DNA of 64,000 nucleotides, from positions 4,224,001 to 4,288,000 of the forward strand of contig OY771506.1 in assembly GCA_963674705.1 (NCBI GenBank), given 5' to 3'. The notes beneath the pieces are model-generated. The model did not search any database, was not told where the DNA came from, and worked only from the letters and a program-made list of their open reading frames with translations. The first letter of the stretch is position 1, and every line of letters starts with the position of its first letter. Position numbers and translations under genes: made by a program. This DNA comes from Phycisphaeraceae bacterium (lineage in GTDB: Bacteria; Planctomycetota; Phycisphaerae; Phycisphaerales; Phycisphaeraceae). Shown here piece by piece: positions 50,401-58,987 of the stretch.

Positions 50401-51330
50401 TCAGGCCCTCACCCCGACCCTCTCCTGCGGGGGGAGGGGGGAAGAGCATCGCCGTCCGCGTACTGTGACACTCAGGAGGCAACCCAACCACACCACACCA
50501 GACACCGGCTCAGGAATCACAAAAGCATCAACATCCGGCGGCGTCCCCGCGTTCCAATTTCCAAGCACCATGTCAAGGTCGTCCAGGCCAACATACCCGT
50601 CGCCTGTCGGATCGCCGGTAAGTGGATCGCCCTGGATCGTCGTCTGGTTCCAGTTCGCTAGCACGATGTCCAAATCATCCAACCCGACGAAACCGTCCGT
50701 GTTCAGATCGCCGATCAGCGTCTGAATCGTGTTGGTGAAATCAAAGGTCACTTGTGCGGGAGTGTATGCAGTATTGATCGCTCCCGATGCGTCGCCGACG
50801 TAGACCTCATACGTCGCGCTGTATTCGCCCGGCTCTGTCACGGCATACCAGTTATGTGTCATCGACCCGGACCACGACCAGATATCCGTTGAACCAAATG
50901 TCTCGAATATCGGGATCATGGATTGGTCATTGGGATCAGGTATCCCCGTGCCGTTATCTTCCGCCCAGCCGCCTTCAAAAGTCTGCAGGCCTTCGGATTG
51001 CTCGATCACACGGATCCAGATCAGGTCGCCATGTAAATCAAACGGAAACAGCGCAGTCCAGCCGAATTGTGCGTTGTATCCCTTGCCATTCAACACCGAG
51101 AAGGGGGCATCAAATGCGTCCGGCCCAATCATCTCCGGGATTAATCCCGGGTCATCCTTGAAGACGAGTACCTGCCCGCCGGTCACGCCGATCTGCACGT
51201 GACTCATCAATCCGCCGAGCGTCTGCCCGTGCGTTCTGCTACCGGCAAGCAGCAGAACGCACAAGGCAAATAAGGTCGCCCGACCGATGGCTGTCCTTGC
51301 TCTTAACATCATCGGTATGCTCCGGTTCAT
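50401..51330 (-). CDS. PEP-CTERM protein with a Met/His-motif domain and dockerin-like repeats
   Basis: MTHNWYAVTEPGEY; two GDxxxDGxVGLDDLD repeats; IPEP + TM. Start set at MNRS (ATGA-coupled). Confidence 0.82.
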   Translation of the reverse strand: MNRSIPMMLRARTAIGRATLFALCVLLLAGSRTHGQTLGGLMSHVQIGVTGGQVLVFKDDPGLIPEMIGPDAFDAPFSVLNGKGYNAQFGWTALFPFDLHGDLIWIRVIEQSEGLQTFEGGWAEDNGTGIPDPNDQSMIPIFETFGSTDIWSWSGSMTHNWYAVTEPGEYSATYEVYVGDASGAINTAYTPAQVTFDFTNTIQTLIGDLNTDGFVGLDDLDIVLANWNQTTIQGDPLTGDPTGDGYVGLDDLDMVLGNWNAGTPPDVDAFVIPEPVSGVVWLGCLLSVTVRGRRCSSPLPPQERVGVRA

Positions 51331-52124
51331 CGGCTTGTACCACGCTTTCGACAAACGAGCGCAGGCATACCAAGCAGCAAGATGCCCGCTGTCGCCGGTT
51401 CCGGTACCCAACTCACCGTGACATTCGCCGGCTGATACGCAGAATTAATCTCACCCGTGGTCGCGTTGCCGACGTAGACCTGGTATTCGACGTCATATCG
51501 TCCGGGAACAGTCGTGGCATACCAGTTATGAACCATGATGCCCGAACCGCTGGCCGGGAACGGTGGGGCGGTGAGGTTGGCCACGATATCCGGATCAAAC
51601 CACTTCCAGGCCTGCCCGACACCTAAAATCGGATCGAGCGTATGAGCACTCATCGGCAGCAAGGCGGATGTCGCACCCTGTCCACCTTCATACACTTCCA
51701 AAGTGCCCGGCCCACTTACTGAAACGGTCTTGATCCACACAGCCATACCACTGGGTACGGTCCAGGCCCCGGCGTCTGTCGTCATCCAGCCGAGTTGGGC
51801 GTTGATGTATTTGCCGTTCAACACGGTCCAGTCAGGCCCGCCCAAGCCGGATTCATCGGTGTAATCAGGATGCGTGTCATCCATAAACTTCAAAGGCAGC
51901 ACGGGTGTGTTACCCGACGGCGCCATCCCCGGATTCAGATGCACAATCACCTCATCCGCATCATTGATTGATATCTCGCCATGGAACATGCCCAATTCAC
52001 CAGGCTGCCCACCAACCATCCCCGGGTTTGGCGGGATCACCGAAGCCTCGATAGGCGCACCGGTCAAGCCAACCAAACCAGCAGATACAACCACCGCCGC
52101 GAAGCGGATTAGAAACGCTTTCAT
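51327..52124 (-). CDS. PEP-CTERM protein with a Met/His-motif domain (paralogue of the downstream gene)
   Basis: Signal peptide; VLNGKYINAQLGW, MVHNWYATTVPGRY; VPEP + TM + RKR; GGGAG Shine-Dalgarno. Confidence 0.85.
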   Translation of the reverse strand: MKAFLIRFAAVVVSAGLVGLTGAPIEASVIPPNPGMVGGQPGELGMFHGEISINDADEVIVHLNPGMAPSGNTPVLPLKFMDDTHPDYTDESGLGGPDWTVLNGKYINAQLGWMTTDAGAWTVPSGMAVWIKTVSVSGPGTLEVYEGGQGATSALLPMSAHTLDPILGVGQAWKWFDPDIVANLTAPPFPASGSGIMVHNWYATTVPGRYDVEYQVYVGNATTGEINSAYQPANVTVSWVPEPATAGILLLGMPALVCRKRGTSR

Positions 52125-52257
52125 TACGTTCTCCCAAGGTTTTCCATTCAACAACAGCCGGCCGACCGCACAACTCGCGCGCGGTACCGACATCAAATCG
52201 CGATCCGGCGCAACACACGCCGATCGCTACGAATCATGTATTCACAGTTGAACAGGA

Positions 52258-52665
52258 TTAGCCCAGGGGTGGGGCTCTACCGAGATAGGTACGGACGGAT
52301 TCAGTCGCTTCAACTTCATCAGGCTGCGGCCATGCCAGCACCTGCACCAGTTCAAGCGGCTTCGGTGCGAAGTCCGGGGCAGGGGGCACATCCAGCACGC
52401 CGGTGAGATAGCAGATCGCACAATGCGTCACCGGTGCGCCAGGTTCAGGCGAATTGGAAGAATCAGACGGCGGACAGCAACACGAACTGGACCGCCCCAT
52501 GATTTTCGCCAACGGACACGGCTGGGCTTCCTCCGACTGCTTGACCGTGACCTGTGGCTTGCCACCCGGCAGCAGCACAAGCCCCCGCTTGTGTCCGGGC
52601 ACAATAACACCGAACCAGAGGGCAAACCAAACGACTGCGAGTTTTTGGAGTTTCTGATTGTCCAT
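52258..52665 (-). CDS. DUF2946-like protein (CxxC and C-terminal RAPP)
   Basis: N-terminal hydrophobic segment, HCAICY, Pro-rich linker, ends YLGRAPPLG. Confidence 0.7.
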   Translation of the reverse strand: MDNQKLQKLAVVWFALWFGVIVPGHKRGLVLLPGGKPQVTVKQSEEAQPCPLAKIMGRSSSCCCPPSDSSNSPEPGAPVTHCAICYLTGVLDVPPAPDFAPKPLELVQVLAWPQPDEVEATESVRTYLGRAPPLG

Positions 52666-52754
52666 GAGACATCCGCCAGCAGCGAATCATAGGCGGATTA
52701 CCGCCTTTGGCAACTAAATTCCGGATAGCCCGGTGATCCGCTACGATACGCCGC

Positions 52755-53282
52755 ATGAGTATGCAAAAAATTCAGCACGCTTACTTGGCCGACACCGCCC
52801 GCGTCATGGGGCAGGTCAAACTGGGTAAAAACGTCAATATCTGGTACGGCGCAACCGTCCGCGGCGACGTCGCACCCATCACCATCGGCGACGGCACCAA
52901 CATCCAGGAGGGAGCCACCGTCCACTGCGACGGCGGCGTCCCCAACGATATCGGAGCGAATATCACGATCGGCCACGGCGCGATCATCCACGGCCGAAGC
53001 GTCGGCGACGGCTCGCTCATCGGCATGGGGGCCGTCCTCCTCGGCTCATCCGTCGTCGGCAAAAACTGCCTCATCGCCGCACGGGCACTCGTCACCGAAG
53101 GCGCCGTCATCCCCGACAACAGCGTCGTCATGGGCATCCCCGGCAAGGTTGTCCGGCAAGTGACTGACGATCAGATCAAGATGATGCACGAAAACACCGC
53201 GCATTACATAGAGCTGGCAAAGCACCATCATGAGAATCCGGAAGATAAAAAATGCCGGAAGTGGGGGGAGGGAAGCCATTAG
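52755..53282 (+). CDS. Gamma carbonic anhydrase family protein
   Basis: IWYGATVRGD, NIQEG, TIGHGAIIHG hexapeptide repeats. Confidence 0.93.
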   Translation: MSMQKIQHAYLADTARVMGQVKLGKNVNIWYGATVRGDVAPITIGDGTNIQEGATVHCDGGVPNDIGANITIGHGAIIHGRSVGDGSLIGMGAVLLGSSVVGKNCLIAARALVTEGAVIPDNSVVMGIPGKVVRQVTDDQIKMMHENTAHYIELAKHHHENPEDKKCRKWGEGSH

Positions 53283-53420
53283 CTGCTAGCCGTTAGCAAA
53301 TACAATTTGCTATAAGATTGAACATCGAACATCCAAACCACCCGGCCCTTCGCTTCGCTCAGAACCGGCGTTGGAATCAAAGAAATCTGACTAGTCCCCA
53401 GACCCCAGACCCAAGAACCC

Positions 53421-54143
53421 ATGCATTTATTCCCCGCTATTGATATCCGTAATAACCAGGTCGTTCGTCTCACACAGGGCGACTATGACCGTCAGACCAC
53501 GTACGAAGCCGATCCGGTTGAGCAGGCCAAACGTTTTGAAGATGCCGGCGCAACCTGGCTACACATGGTCGACCTCGATGGCGCACGTACGGGCAAACTC
53601 ACGCACGCGCCGCTGTTTGAGAAGATCTGCTCGCAAACCAGCCTGAAAGTCGAGGTCGGTGGGGGGGTGCGGTCCGAATCCGTCATCGACACCCTGCTGA
53701 ACGTCGGCATTACAAGAGTCGTCGTCGGGACCGCCGCACTTAAAAACTGGTCGTGGTTCGAAGCGCTGATGGGTAACCCGACCTACCGCGGCAAACTCGT
53801 CCTCGGGCTAGACGCCAAGCAAGGCAAGGTCACCACCGACGGCTGGGAACAGACCTCCGAACAAACCGCGCTCGACATCGCCAAACAGGTCACCGACTGG
53901 CCGCTGGCCGCGATCGTCTACACCGACATCGCCACCGATGGCACACTCAAGGGCCCGAACGTCGAAGCCACCCGCCAGATCGCCGAAGCCACCCACGTCC
54001 CCGTCGTCGCCTCCGGCGGCGTCGGCACCCTAGACGACCTCCGCGCTTTGCGTGAACTTCCCATCCAAGGCGCGATCGTAGGCAAAGCACTCTATGAAGA
54101 TGCGTTTACGATTGATGAAGCGATTAAGGCATTCGAGAAGTAG
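53421..54143 (+). CDS. hisA: ProFAR isomerase
   Basis: PAIDI...VVRLTQGDY, HMVDLDGA, VGGGVR, TDIATDGTLKG, ASGGV. Confidence 0.97.
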   Translation: MHLFPAIDIRNNQVVRLTQGDYDRQTTYEADPVEQAKRFEDAGATWLHMVDLDGARTGKLTHAPLFEKICSQTSLKVEVGGGVRSESVIDTLLNVGITRVVVGTAALKNWSWFEALMGNPTYRGKLVLGLDAKQGKVTTDGWEQTSEQTALDIAKQVTDWPLAAIVYTDIATDGTLKGPNVEATRQIAEATHVPVVASGGVGTLDDLRALRELPIQGAIVGKALYEDAFTIDEAIKAFEK

Positions 54144-54262
54144 GGGAGCTGGCGTGATTCTGTAATGTTCATAATCCGAGCCGCCGTGCCCACACGGCGG
54201 TCCGCGTCGGGGGCGACGCGGCTCTGATGAACTTTTCACAACGAACCACTACCATGTAATCC

Positions 54263-54551
54263 ATGCCCGACCCACACACACAAGACGACAATCCCTTACA
54301 AGGAAGGCTACTTCGACTGGCAGGTCACCACACTGCTGCTTGCCTACGACCTGGTCGATCCCATCCCCGGCGACAAACCCGAACTGGCACAAGACCGACG
54401 GATGAAAACCGAGCAGGAAGTCCGCGACCTTTCACTGGCTGTCGTACCCGAAAAATACAAAGCCGACCCAACCCTCGACTGGCCGCCGGACGTAATGATG
54501 GCGATCACACGTGCGACTTTCAATCGCGTCAATGAAATCACAATTCCCTGA
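54263..54551 (+). pseudogene. Frameshifted small hypothetical gene
   Basis: ATG 54263 has a leaderless-type TACCAT box. A protein-like frame (YKEGYFDWQVTTLLLAYDL...EITIP*) lies +1 to it and has no ATG/GTG/TTG start upstream of that segment. Confidence 0.55.
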
Positions 54552-54604
54552 CCCATTGAACCCCCCACCACATTCGGTTTATCGGACTTTCAGCCATTAT
54601 CTAT

Positions 54605-55261
54605 TCAATCACGCAAAGGCGGATACTTCATGTGATTGCGGATACAAATTCTGGCCACATAACGTTCGCCCAATCGAGACGCCGCAAACAACAGGCCAGC
54701 GATAGTTGTATATATGATGATCTGCAATTGCTGGAAGCTGAACCAATTTGTTGACTCAAATAGTGAAACAGCAAAGATCAGGCATCCTATGATGAACCCA
54801 AGGATACTGATGTAGTATCCACACACGATTAAATGCATCAAAAGCACAAGCCCAATCCCCAAACCGCCACGAAACCGGACATAGGCCTTATAGACAAACA
54901 AAAGCCAGACCAATTGACAAGCCAGGCTGAACGCCAGGATGATATACGTACTGGCATCATGCCTCGCGTCTGACGGTGCGAATAGAAGCCAGGCCAACCA
55001 TAGGAATGCGATCGGCGAAGTGACTCCCGGAATACTTAACATGAGCAGCCCCGGAGCCCGGTACCAAGGCCGGTCCCATTGCCTAGCCGCCAAATCAGGC
55101 ACATCGATTACCAGACCACATTCCGGACACTCAACGACCGGCCCCAGCAAACCGCGCAGATTGTATTCACATCCCGGGCAGGCAATATCCATATCAACAA
55201 CATGCCCGTAATCAGGCTTGTCGGTTATCTCTGATTCATACGAAGAAGCGAGACATGGCAC
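54605..55261 (-). CDS. Membrane protein with an N-terminal double CxxC zinc ribbon (start uncertain)
   Basis: CPGCEYNLRGL...CPECG followed by about four TM helices. Confidence 0.75.
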   Translation of the reverse strand: MPCLASSYESEITDKPDYGHVVDMDIACPGCEYNLRGLLGPVVECPECGLVIDVPDLAARQWDRPWYRAPGLLMLSIPGVTSPIAFLWLAWLLFAPSDARHDASTYIILAFSLACQLVWLLFVYKAYVRFRGGLGIGLVLLMHLIVCGYYISILGFIIGCLIFAVSLFESTNWFSFQQLQIIIYTTIAGLLFAASRLGERYVARICIRNHMKYPPLRD

Positions 55262-55315
55262 CCCGTAAGCTCTTTAGAGGGCCGAACCTGGGCTCTGGAA
55301 GCCCGCCTGTCTTGA

Positions 55316-55343
55316 GTTATACATAACATATATTATCGGACTG
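55316..55343 (-). other. dif-like XerC/XerD recombination site (provirus boundary)
   Basis: Minus strand CAGTCCGATAA-TATATG-TTATGTATAAC has the 11-6-11 layout and the ATAA/TTATG cores of E. coli dif (GGTGCGCATAA-TGTATA-TTATGTTAAAT). Confidence 0.8.
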
Positions 55344-55370
55344 AAATGCTGGCAGGGCGTTCGCAAACCC

Positions 55371-55673
55371 TTAACCACCCGCTAGTTGCCTAACAAGCGG
55401 GCCAGCCGATAATTTAGGCTCTTTTGAACTTTCGTCAAGCTGAAGGGTTTCGATGATGCCGAACACCTGATCTATCGGCACATAACCCGCCGCCGGATGA
55501 TTCGGCGGCTTCAATTCGTCCAGCTTGCCCGCGATGATCCAATTTGAAATGGTCGTCTTCGAGCAATGCAACAACCTCGCGGCCTCGGCTTGTGTCATTA
55601 CGCCGCCCGGATATTTGCGGATGATTTGCCGCCACCAAAAATACTTCACCATGTCCGGCATTTCGTTCGACAT
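55371..55673 (-). CDS. Small HTH DNA-binding protein (excisionase/HTH_17-like)
   Basis: MTQAEAARLLHCSKTTISNWIIAGKL. Start set at MSNEMP. Confidence 0.7.
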   Translation of the reverse strand: MSNEMPDMVKYFWWRQIIRKYPGGVMTQAEAARLLHCSKTTISNWIIAGKLDELKPPNHPAAGYVPIDQVFGIIETLQLDESSKEPKLSAGPLVRQLAGG

Positions 55674-55989
55674 ATGATCGGCCCGCCGTGATGTGTCCGT
55701 TAGGGTTATACCTAGCGGCCCCCAGAATATCGGACAATGCCTTCCCGTCAACATCCAACGGCCGATCGACCGGCAACGGCCCACGCTCCGGCATCGCTCC
55801 CGGGTCCGGCTGCACGACTTCACCGCCGCCCGGCTCAGGGTCACCGACTTGCACTTCAATATCGGTTGTACTCTTGTACGTGCCCTTGCCCGTCACACCC
55901 GGCGTCACCTCACAGCCCGCCAGCACGACACAACCGACCAACGCCCACGCGGTCAACAACAACGCAACTACAACACTAAAACGCTTCAT
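55435..55989 (-). CDS. Predicted provirus lipoprotein (possible lysis accessory)
   Basis: MKRF + hydrophobic stretch + LAGC lipobox; GAGGT Shine-Dalgarno. The 3' part overlaps the HTH gene. Confidence 0.55.
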   Translation of the reverse strand: MKRFSVVVALLLTAWALVGCVVLAGCEVTPGVTGKGTYKSTTDIEVQVGDPEPGGGEVVQPDPGAMPERGPLPVDRPLDVDGKALSDILGAARYNPNGHITAGRSYVERNAGHGEVFLVAANHPQISGRRNDTSRGREVVALLEDDHFKLDHRGQAGRIEAAESSGGGLCADRSGVRHHRNPSA

Positions 55990-55993
55990 CCGA

Positions 55994-56608
55994 TCACCTC
56001 TTTCTTAGATAACCCTCGACGGTCGCAACCGACGTGCCTCCGCCGTCGCCATAGAATGCAAAACGGAATCCCGGCCCCAACCAAACCCGATGCCCATCGA
56101 ATGACTCAGGCACCGCAAGAGCAGACGTCGGCCACTGCCACGTATGGTACGTCGTGCCGCTCGAATCTCTAACGAGCATCCGTGTCGTAGGACCACCCTT
56201 CATCGTCAACCGCGTTAACACAAAGTCGCTACCGTCCGGCACGATGTACATAACATTTTGAGCCGTCGTGAGATTCTCGACCGTGACACAAATATGATTT
56301 TCAGGACGCACTACCGGATTGCACACAAGCAACCCGCCCGGCTCCAGCGACTCTCCATCCTCAAGAAATGCCAACTCGACCCACTGACCGACCTGGGCAG
56401 CATGCGACAGGTACACGCGGTCAAAGTCATCCGCACGCCGAACCCTCGAACCGAACCGCATCGGCACCGAAGACTGCTCGCCCTTATCGAAAGCAATCGA
56501 GATAACCGCGTCGTGAGAACTGGCATCGTACACCATCACCGACCGGCCGCTCTCTTTGCGTAGAACAGTTTTCTTTTCGTTGTCTAAATAGTAACGCAGC
56601 GTTTTCAT
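55994..56608 (-). CDS. Putative spike/vertex protein with a penton-like N-terminal domain
   Basis: Start MKTLRYY is ATGA-coupled to the upstream gene. Beta-rich, and its N-half is paralogous to 57482-57811. Confidence 0.6.
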   Translation of the reverse strand: MKTLRYYLDNEKKTVLRKESGRSVMVYDASSHDAVISIAFDKGEQSSVPMRFGSRVRRADDFDRVYLSHAAQVGQWVELAFLEDGESLEPGGLLVCNPVVRPENHICVTVENLTTAQNVMYIVPDGSDFVLTRLTMKGGPTTRMLVRDSSGTTYHTWQWPTSALAVPESFDGHRVWLGPGFRFAFYGDGGGTSVATVEGYLRKR

Positions 56609-57531
56609 GTAACCGGCTCGATAATTAAGTATTGCGGAACAACTGAATCGGGACATTGATACACATCGGCATCTATCCAATAAATACCGGCAGGCGACGA
56701 CCCGCCCTCTTTGATGTAATGATGCGGCCACCGCGTCGGCGTCGTCGTCTTGTTGTAAACAAAAAACAACATTTCCCACCGACAGCCGACACCCGGATAG
56801 TAACGCATGCGGATCTCTGGATCGGAGTAGATCGTCACCGTATCCCACTCCCGCGAATCATCCGCAAGCCCGAATCCCATGCCTAACCACTTGCCGCCGT
56901 CCCAAGTGAACAGCCGGTCCCAACTTCCGTACCCTGCATAAGGATCAGACCCAAAATAAATGAACTGCGAGCCGTCGCAATCGAAGTTTGTGTCCAGCTT
57001 AACAGGCGGTCCCGAATACATGCGGTACTGCTCATACATCCCGGCAGGCGGATCGCCGCTTGGAAGTGATGGACAAGGCACCGGCAAACCATCGCCCGGA
57101 TCGAACGGCGGATCAGTGCTTGGATCGTTCGGACCTGTGATGTTTTCTGGTAGCCACCTCTGGCCGATTAAAAAGTAAGGCTCCCAGCACCCTGTCGGAT
57201 GCCCGCGTTGTTGCGTCAACGCCACCGTCAACCACTGATCGGCCTGCGATTGCCACTCAAACAACACTTCACGGCTCGGCATCGCCCGCCAGCCCTCGCC
57301 GATCGACATCGACAACGGGTCGCGTGCATCACCGCGGCAATCACGACTCACCGCCGACACTTCGGCGTCGATGCTCGATGCACGCACAACCTGCACGCCG
57401 CTTGTCACACCCGGCCAACGCTTGCGGCCGTCCTCGCCAAGATGAAGTGTTAGCAACGTCGCCAAAACGATCAACGCTCCACTACACAGCAACGGGTAAA
57501 GGTGTTGGCGATACGTAAAATTCCGGCTCAT
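56605..57531 (-). CDS. Provirus hypothetical protein (N-terminal TM, Pro-rich linker, Trp/Tyr-rich domain)
   Basis: Long ORF inside the coupled operon; PNDPSTDPPFDPGDGLPVPCPSLP linker. Confidence 0.55.
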   Translation of the reverse strand: MSRNFTYRQHLYPLLCSGALIVLATLLTLHLGEDGRKRWPGVTSGVQVVRASSIDAEVSAVSRDCRGDARDPLSMSIGEGWRAMPSREVLFEWQSQADQWLTVALTQQRGHPTGCWEPYFLIGQRWLPENITGPNDPSTDPPFDPGDGLPVPCPSLPSGDPPAGMYEQYRMYSGPPVKLDTNFDCDGSQFIYFGSDPYAGYGSWDRLFTWDGGKWLGMGFGLADDSREWDTVTIYSDPEIRMRYYPGVGCRWEMLFFVYNKTTTPTRWPHHYIKEGGSSPAGIYWIDADVYQCPDSVVPQYLIIEPVT

Positions 57532-57811
57532 TACCGACCGACCCTTCTGGATCACCCCACGCGATTAACTCAACCCATGCGTCCGGCTGTTCATCCCAAC
57601 TTAGCTCGATACGCTCGTAAGGAACGAACCGCCAACCGTCTCCGATTCGCAGCAGAAGCGTTTCCCCGTCCGCTGGACCGCCTCTGAATGTTGCCGATAT
57701 AACCGCGTCGGCGTCGCTGGCTCGCCTTACGAGCAAGGCATGGCCCGCACGTGGTATCACCTTGCTTAGCTGCTCGGTGTTTAGTGCCTGATTGAATGTT
57801 TTGAAACTCAT
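57482..57811 (-). CDS. Putative penton/vertex protein (109 aa, beta-rich)
   Basis: Starts immediately after the upstream TGA; paralogous to the N-half of 55994-56608. Confidence 0.6.
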   Translation of the reverse strand: MSFKTFNQALNTEQLSKVIPRAGHALLVRRASDADAVISATFRGGPADGETLLLRIGDGWRFVPYERIELSWDEQPDAWVELIAWGDPEGSVGNEPEFYVSPTPLPVAV

Positions 57812-58282
57812 TCACTTTAAAGCCTTGAACAGCATATAAAGACCGAACGCCACAAGTACCGGGGTAATCAGCTTGTTGATTATTCGCCCGGCTTCGCTTT
57901 CTGTGCCCGTCGCCGATCGCGTCGTATCCGCCAACGCACTCAGAGCCGTCGACGTTTGCTGATCCGCACGCTGTGCGAATCCTGCGAACGTACCCGACAA
58001 CCCCGACAATGCAGTATTCGCCAGCCCTGAAACGCTGTTGATGATATTTGAGACGTCCGCACCCTCAAGCCCATTGATCCGCGTTGTGTTCGTCGTGTTT
58101 TCGTGATTGCGGATCACCGATGAGTAACGACCTCCGACCGTGCCCACGGCTTTCACTACGCCGATAGGCTCATCCGACGTAAGATCAAGCAGACCGTCAT
58201 CGTTACCGCTGACCGTTTGCTTTTTGCTTATCGCCGTCGTCTTGCTGGACGAACTCGAATTACCGCCGCCAAATAAACCCAT
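57812..58282 (-). CDS. Provirus membrane protein with a Gly/Ser-rich N-terminus
   Basis: MGLFGGGNSSSSSKTT; C-terminal TM segment; TAATG coupling. Confidence 0.7.
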   Translation of the reverse strand: MGLFGGGNSSSSSKTTAISKKQTVSGNDDGLLDLTSDEPIGVVKAVGTVGGRYSSVIRNHENTTNTTRINGLEGADVSNIINSVSGLANTALSGLSGTFAGFAQRADQQTSTALSALADTTRSATGTESEAGRIINKLITPVLVAFGLYMLFKALK

Positions 58283-58566
58283 TACTTACGCCCCTTCCTG
58301 CGACGACGACGACGACGCGACGAACTGCTATCCGTCAGCATCCACACAATCGCCAGGACGATCACAACCAACGCGATTAATGACGCAAGCGGATTGCGTC
58401 GCGTCATATCACGCAGAAAATCAGGGAATCCGATACCTCCGCCAAAGTCGACAATATCGCTGCCGTTATCCTGCGTACCGCTGAATCCTGAACACGCAGA
58501 CGATGAAGTGATCCCCGTACCTAAACCGGGAAACGCAAAGCTAGTACCCAACAGTCCGGCACTCAT
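58282..58566 (-). CDS. Provirus membrane protein with a poly-Arg tail
   Basis: TM helix followed by SSSSRRRRRRRKGRK. Confidence 0.7.
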   Translation of the reverse strand: MSAGLLGTSFAFPGLGTGITSSSACSGFSGTQDNGSDIVDFGGGIGFPDFLRDMTRRNPLASLIALVVIVLAIVWMLTDSSSSRRRRRRRKGRK

Positions 58567-58983
58567 TTAAACCGCCTTTGTTACCTTGCCCAGCACACCA
58601 CGAACGGCCGGGCTGATCGTCCACAACACCATAATCACGGCAACACCGATCACAGCCAACGCCGCCCACTTGCCTTGAGCCCACAGCATCTTTAACGGAG
58701 CAAAGACGCCATCACTACCCCAAACACGTTCAACCTCTTTTGGGTACTCATCCGCAAACCGCGACGAAAACTCGAACGGATCGGCTACTACCTGACTTGT
58801 AATCAGCCCGGCATCACCCGGCAGATTACCCAGTAGATCGGATGCACCGCCTTGAATCATCGACGGAACACTTGCCGCGACATTGACTGTCGTATTCCAT
58901 GCACGGCTCATCGGGTCGATCCACCACCGCTTAAACTCATCGGCGTAGGCATCGGCAAATTGTCCAATCGGACCTACCGGCAC
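58567..58983 (-). CDS. Provirus membrane protein
   Basis: C-terminal TM segment; GGAGGT Shine-Dalgarno upstream. Confidence 0.7.
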   Translation of the reverse strand: MPVGPIGQFADAYADEFKRWWIDPMSRAWNTTVNVAASVPSMIQGGASDLLGNLPGDAGLITSQVVADPFEFSSRFADEYPKEVERVWGSDGVFAPLKMLWAQGKWAALAVIGVAVIMVLWTISPAVRGVLGKVTKAV

Positions 58984-58987
58984 GCGA

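Noticed and set aside
54562..54589. Second dif site (TTATCGGACT at 54579-54588 matches the XerC-like arm)
   Set aside because: There is no XerD-like arm at the right spacing. It may be a remnant or chance match.
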